Source of the DNA: Alkalilimnicola ehrlichii MLHE-1
GTDB lineage: Bacteria; Pseudomonadota; Gammaproteobacteria; Nitrococcales; Halorhodospiraceae
Direction: 5' to 3'
Length of the DNA stretch: 32,000 nt
Assembly: GCF_000014785.1 (NCBI RefSeq)
Contig: NC_008340.1
Location: 1,560,001 to 1,592,000, forward strand
A program made the translations under genes and the position numbers. Below, piece after piece: positions 28,048 through 32,000 of this stretch (its first letter is position 1; every line of letters starts with the position of its first letter). The notes under the pieces were generated by a model. It was not told the DNA's origin. It was given only the letters and a program-made list of their open reading frames with translations, and ran no database searches.

Positions 28048-28467
28048 TCAGACGCGTAGGCGCTGGGTCAATAGATAGACCGGGACAGCGGGTAGTGCGG
28101 AGGTGGCAGGCGACCCGTGGCGTTTTGCACCAGGGTCTGGCAAGCGGGCATGTGCCGGGCCCAGCCGCGGGATGGCAACGCCATTATCGGCGGGTTCCAC
28201 CGACGCCGCTTCACGTGGGTCACCTAGCAGGGCCGGTCCCTTCGCAAGCGGCCCTTCATGATGGCAGAGCGGTATCTCGAAAGGACCGTGGGCACGCACG
28301 CTCGGGTCGTGTTCGGCCGTTTCGGGGGCAACGAAGGGGGCTGGCTCAGGGCATGCCAAAGCCAGGCCCATCGGCAGCAAGGCCAGCAGGATCAGCAACA
28401 CCAGCCGCCCGAAGGGCCTGGCTGGCGCTCCTCCCGCGACCGTTTCAGTGGGTTGCTGCACTTGCAT
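28048..28467 (-). CDS. Hypothetical small secreted or membrane-anchored protein
   Basis: Hydrophobic N-terminal segment RLVLLILLALLPMGLALA followed by a Cys, and a later CHHEG; no convincing RBS, and a competing antisense ORF exists (27939..28469). Confidence 0.45.
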   Translation of the reverse strand: MQVQQPTETVAGGAPARPFGRLVLLILLALLPMGLALACPEPAPFVAPETAEHDPSVRAHGPFEIPLCHHEGPLAKGPALLGDPREAASVEPADNGVAIPRLGPAHARLPDPGAKRHGSPATSALPAVPVYLLTQRLRV

Positions 28468-28591
28468 GATGGATATCCGTCGGCCCTACACCTACCATAG
28501 CAGCGAAACGGGGCAAGCACTTGGTGGCCCGCCGGGTGGGCACCATGGTCACCCCCTCCCTGCGCCTTTCCTGGGGGTGCTGCTTGTTGTT

Positions 28592-28632
28592 TTGATCTCA
28601 ATCAAGTTTTCGCCGGCTGTGCCGTGTAAGAC
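28592..28632 (+). promoter_or_regulatory. Perfect FNR/ANR box with -10-like element (putative class II anaerobic promoter)
   Basis: TTGATctcaATCAA at 28592-28605, TG-g/t-TAAGAC-like -10 at 28627-28632; box centre 28598.5 is about 41 nt from the predicted TSS (28639/28640). Confidence 0.75.
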
Positions 28633-28640
28633 TCCCGATC

Positions 28641-28994
28641 ATGGCTCGATCCACCTTTGCCCACATTCTTGTTCCGCTGCTCGCCGTGGCGTTTCTGCTG
28701 CTACCCCTGCACCATGCCTGGGGCGCAGCACACCATGACCATGGCGGGGCCGATACCGCGTATGCCGATGCCGTGCCTATGGCATCCAGTGCGGCGGACG
28801 ACGGCTGTGGGCAGGCAGCACCGAACGGCCAGGCGGGTGACTGTGTCTTCTGTGCCACCTGTGTATCGGTACTGGCCGCCGACTCGGCCGAGCCCATCCC
28901 ACCCCTGCCGCTGTTGACCGCGCTGTCCATCGGGCAGTCGCCATCCCGGGCTCCTGCCCCAGAGCCCCGACCTCCCAGACTGCCTCTCGCCTGA
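28641..28994 (+). CDS. Small secreted His/Cys protein upstream of cusC (resembles DUF2946-type copper-locus proteins)
   Basis: Signal peptide MARSTFAHILVPLLAVAFLLLPLHHAWG, AAHHDHGG, and GDCVFCATC near the middle; directly upstream of and co-oriented with cusC. Confidence 0.65.
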   Translation: MARSTFAHILVPLLAVAFLLLPLHHAWGAAHHDHGGADTAYADAVPMASSAADDGCGQAAPNGQAGDCVFCATCVSVLAADSAEPIPPLPLLTALSIGQSPSRAPAPEPRPPRLPLA

Positions 28995-29155
28995 ACGTAG
29001 GGCGGCGCCACGCCGTTTGAGCGCGGTGCATCAGTGCACCGTGCCCAGCCCATGCGCCGCCTTGTCCTGCCGAACCCCGTGGCGGTGGCAGGACGCCTAC
29101 GAACCCACCCGATAAAGGCGGGCCCGGGAAGGGCCCTGAGGCGAGGGATACCCGT

Positions 29156-30409
29156 ATGCATTTCTTGAGTCCGGGCAGGCCAAAAGGCCTGCTGTTTGGT
29201 GTGCTGCTGGCCGCCGTGCCCGTCCTGGCACCGGCCCAGCCCGCCCTGACCCTGGAAGCGGCCGAGAACATGGCCCTTCAGGAGGAACCGACCATCGCCC
29301 GTTACCGGGAGCGGGCCGCTGCCCGGGAGGAGGCCGCTGTGGCGGCGGGCGCCCTGCCGGACCCCCTGCTGATCACCGAGCTGATGGACGTGCCCGCGGA
29401 CCGGCCGCGGCTGGACGGGGACGAGATGACCCAGTTCAAGGTGGGGCTGCGGCAGGCCTTCCCGCGGGGCCAGACCCGCACTCTCCGCCAGGAGCGAGGG
29501 GGTCTGCGGGCGAGCCAGGCCCATGCCCGGGGCGACGACGCCGAACGGGCGGCGCTCAACGCGGTGCGTCAAGCCTACTTGCGGCTCTACAACCAGCGCC
29601 GGGCCGTGGCATTGCTGGAGGGCAACCGCAGTCACTTCGAAGAATTGCTGGAAATCACGGAGCGGGCGCTGGCCGCGGGTCGTGTCTCCCGCCAGGATGT
29701 GATCCGCGCCGAGCTGGAGCTGGAGCGGCTGGAGGACCGCCTGAGCGCCGCCCGGGCGGCAGAGGCCGACGCCGAGTCGGCCTTAGCCCGCTGGATTGGT
29801 CCCCAGGCCGCGCGGCGGCCGTTGCCGGATGCGCTGCCGGAGCTAGCGCTACCGGATGACAACGGCATTGACCATCACCCCCTGTTGCAGGCCCAGGACT
29901 TGGCCGTGGCCGACCAGCGCCGGGGAGTGGATCTGGCCCGGCAGGGCTACCGGCCCGAGTGGTCGGTGGAGCTGACCTACGGGATGGCCACCGGCAATGA
30001 CATGGATGCCCCGGATCGCCTGTCCGCCATGGTGGTGCTGGACCTGCCGCTGTTCACCCGCAATCGCCAGGACCGGGATGTGGCCGCCAGCCGGCGCGAG
30101 GTGTATGCCGCCAAGCACGACCGCGAGGTGCAGCACCGCACCCTTACTCAAGCCCTGGCCAGCCAGGCGGCCCGCTGGCAGCGCCTGCGGGAGCGAGAGC
30201 GGCGCTTCGAGGAGCGGCTGCTGATCCACGCCGCCGACAATGTGGAGGCAGCGGAACAGGCCTACCGGGCGGGCACCCTGGCGTTCACCGCACTGATGCA
30301 GGCCCGCATCACCTATCTGGAAACCCACCTGGATGCCGTTCAAGTGGCCACCGACCGCCGGATGGCCCAGGCGGAACTCCTCTATCTCTCAGGAGCGACC
30401 CGGCGATGA
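29156..30409 (+). CDS. TolC-family outer membrane efflux protein (CusC-like)
   Basis: LTLEAAENMALQEEPTIARYRERAAA...GALPDPLL, FKVGLRQAFP, coiled-coil ALNAVRQAYLRLYNQRRAVALL, AEQAYRAGTLAFTALMQARITYLE. Confidence 0.9.
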   Translation: MHFLSPGRPKGLLFGVLLAAVPVLAPAQPALTLEAAENMALQEEPTIARYRERAAAREEAAVAAGALPDPLLITELMDVPADRPRLDGDEMTQFKVGLRQAFPRGQTRTLRQERGGLRASQAHARGDDAERAALNAVRQAYLRLYNQRRAVALLEGNRSHFEELLEITERALAAGRVSRQDVIRAELELERLEDRLSAARAAEADAESALARWIGPQAARRPLPDALPELALPDDNGIDHHPLLQAQDLAVADQRRGVDLARQGYRPEWSVELTYGMATGNDMDAPDRLSAMVVLDLPLFTRNRQDRDVAASRREVYAAKHDREVQHRTLTQALASQAARWQRLRERERRFEERLLIHAADNVEAAEQAYRAGTLAFTALMQARITYLETHLDAVQVATDRRMAQAELLYLSGATRR

Positions 30410-31914
30410 AGTTTGTGAGCCTATTCATTGCGTTATTGATCGGTTTCGGCCTTGGCGCGGGCGCATTGTGGTTCCACCAGGGGGGCACCGCGGGGCAGGG
30501 AGGCGGCAGCAGCGAACGGGAGGTCCTTTACTACCAGCATCCGCACAACCCCACGATCCGCTCGGACGAGCCGCGCAAGGATGAGATGGGCATGGACTAC
30601 ATCCCCATCTACGCCGGTGACGAGGGCCGGGACGATGACCCGGACGTGCTGAGAATCAGCCCGGTGGTCGTCCAGAACATGGGGGTGCGCACGGCCGAAG
30701 TGGAGCGCGGTGCGCTCCACCGGCAAATCAGCACCGTGGGCTTCGTCGAGGTAGACGAGGCGGCACAATCCCATGTCCACCTGCGCACCGAAGGCTGGAT
30801 TGAGGACCTGCGCGTACGCACCACCGGCGAGCGGGTGACCGCCGGTGAGGTGCTTTTCCGGCTCTATTCGCCGGCGCTGGTCAGCGCCCAGGATGAGTTG
30901 CTGCAGACCCTGCGTCGCAACGGTAACGCCGGTCCGGCCCGGGAGCGGCTGCGGGCGCTGGGTATGCCCGCCGATGCGATCCGTCAGGTCGAACAGCAGG
31001 GCCGGGCCCTGAACCTGGTGCCCGTGAAGGCGCCCCAGGACGGCGTCGTCCAGGCACTCAATGTGGCCGAGGGGATGTTCGTGCAGCCGGGCACCGAGGT
31101 GATGAGCATCGCCGATCTGTCGCGCATCTGGGTCATCGCCGATCTGTTCGAGCACCAATCGGACGCGGTGCGCGAGGGCCTGGATGCCGAGGTCCACTTC
31201 CCTTTCCGGCCCGGCGAGACGTTGGTCGGCAGCGTGGGCTACATCTACCCGACCCTGGCCTCACCGACCCGTACCATCCGGGCCCGGATCACCCTGGATA
31301 ACCCGGACGGGCGACTCAAGCCTGGCATGTGGACCGATGTGCATATCGACGGCGAATCCACCGAACCGGTGTTGCATGTGCCCGCGGAGGCCGTGATCCG
31401 CACAGGCCGTCAGGACCGCGTGGTGACGATGGAGGAGGAAGGCCGCTTCCGCGTGCACGAGGTGCGGGTAGGGCGGCGCGCCGGCGACCGGTTGGAGATC
31501 CTCGAGGGGCTGCAGGTCGGGGCGCGCATCGTCACCTCCGGCCAGTTCCTGATCGACTCCGAGTCCTCGGTGACGGTCAGCCTGGCGCGCCTGCAGGCCG
31601 CGGCGGAAGCCGATGATGGCAGCGTCGCCGCCGAGGGCCGCATCAACCACGTGGATCCGGAGGCCCGCCAGGTCAATCTGGACCATGAGCCGATCGCGGA
31701 ACTGGGTTGGCCGGCGATGACCATGGATTTCGAGGTGGCCGAGGACGTGGCGCTGACGGATCTTGAGCCCGGTGATCCGGTGATCATCCACATCCGCGAG
31801 CGTGAGGACGAAGAGTATGTCTACGAGCTGACCCACATCGAGCGGCTGGCCGATCCGACCGGCGAGACCGATGACGCCCCCGATCACGACGCCCACACGG
31901 GCCATGACCACTGA
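30406..31914 (+). CDS. cusB: RND efflux periplasmic adaptor (CusB-like) with C-terminal CusF-like domain
   Basis: N-terminal heavy-metal-binding YYQHPHNPTIRSDEPRKDEMGMDYIPIY; adaptor core RISPVVVQNMGVRTAEV, APQDGVVQALNVAEGMFVQPGTEVMSIADLSRIWVIADLFE; C-terminal GRINHVDPEARQVNLDHEPIAELGWPAMTMDFEV (CusF signature). Overlaps the cusC-like stop by 4 nt. Confidence 0.93.
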   Translation: MKFVSLFIALLIGFGLGAGALWFHQGGTAGQGGGSSEREVLYYQHPHNPTIRSDEPRKDEMGMDYIPIYAGDEGRDDDPDVLRISPVVVQNMGVRTAEVERGALHRQISTVGFVEVDEAAQSHVHLRTEGWIEDLRVRTTGERVTAGEVLFRLYSPALVSAQDELLQTLRRNGNAGPARERLRALGMPADAIRQVEQQGRALNLVPVKAPQDGVVQALNVAEGMFVQPGTEVMSIADLSRIWVIADLFEHQSDAVREGLDAEVHFPFRPGETLVGSVGYIYPTLASPTRTIRARITLDNPDGRLKPGMWTDVHIDGESTEPVLHVPAEAVIRTGRQDRVVTMEEEGRFRVHEVRVGRRAGDRLEILEGLQVGARIVTSGQFLIDSESSVTVSLARLQAAAEADDGSVAAEGRINHVDPEARQVNLDHEPIAELGWPAMTMDFEVAEDVALTDLEPGDPVIIHIREREDEEYVYELTHIERLADPTGETDDAPDHDAHTGHDH

Positions 31915-31927
31915 GGAGGGCCGGCAT

Positions 31928-32000
31928 GATTGAACGGATCATTCAGTGGTCGCTGGACAACCGCCTGCTGGTGCTGCTGCTCACCGGCGTCTTCGTGGCC
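31928..32000 (+). CDS. cusA: CusA/CzcA-type heavy-metal RND pump, N-terminal fragment (truncated by window end)
   Basis: MIERIIQWSLDNRLLVLLLTGVFVA matches the conserved CusA/CzcA N-terminus; 13 nt after the cusB stop. Confidence 0.88.

Noticed and set aside
27939-28469. 176-aa plus-strand ORF opposite 28048..28467
   Set aside because: Arg/Gly/Pro-rich translation with no hydrophobic or domain pattern. The minus frame has a plausible signal segment, so it was preferred at low confidence.

Overview
This 32 kb window is GC-rich and almost fully coding. Gene content and synteny look like a gammaproteobacterium, possibly Ectothiorhodospiraceae-like (inference). The left part is ordinary chromosome: the uvrC 3' end, pgsA and a tRNA-Gly/Cys/Leu cluster; a VTT-domain membrane protein and an uncharacterised membrane protein; MarC, an SDR and an M50-CBS protease; a PAS-GGDEF cyclase, an ABC exporter, a BCCT transporter, hemN, fabB/fabA and a DUF4168-like protein; a sensor kinase with a sigma-54 response regulator, slt, a PagL-like protein, a UPF0126 protein, and dxs with a YcgN-like protein. 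The right end (about 24.2-32.0 kb) is a copper/silver handling island with two divergent arms. The minus arm holds a Met/Gly/His-rich Spy/CpxP-like protein, a small membrane protein, a SHOCT-tail protein and CopA. The plus arm holds a small His/Cys secreted protein, CusC, CusB with a C-terminal CusF-like domain, and the start of CusA. The best non-coding signal is a perfect FNR/ANR palindrome (TTGATctcaATCAA) in the divergent intergenic region, placed as in a class II promoter for a possibly leaderless small-protein gene. A second ANR-like box has the same geometry upstream of hemN. Other non-coding calls are intrinsic terminators, two promoters and operator-like palindromes. I found no CRISPR array, prophage, transposase or clear defence system. 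The copper island is the most interesting locus, but most of its parts belong to known families.
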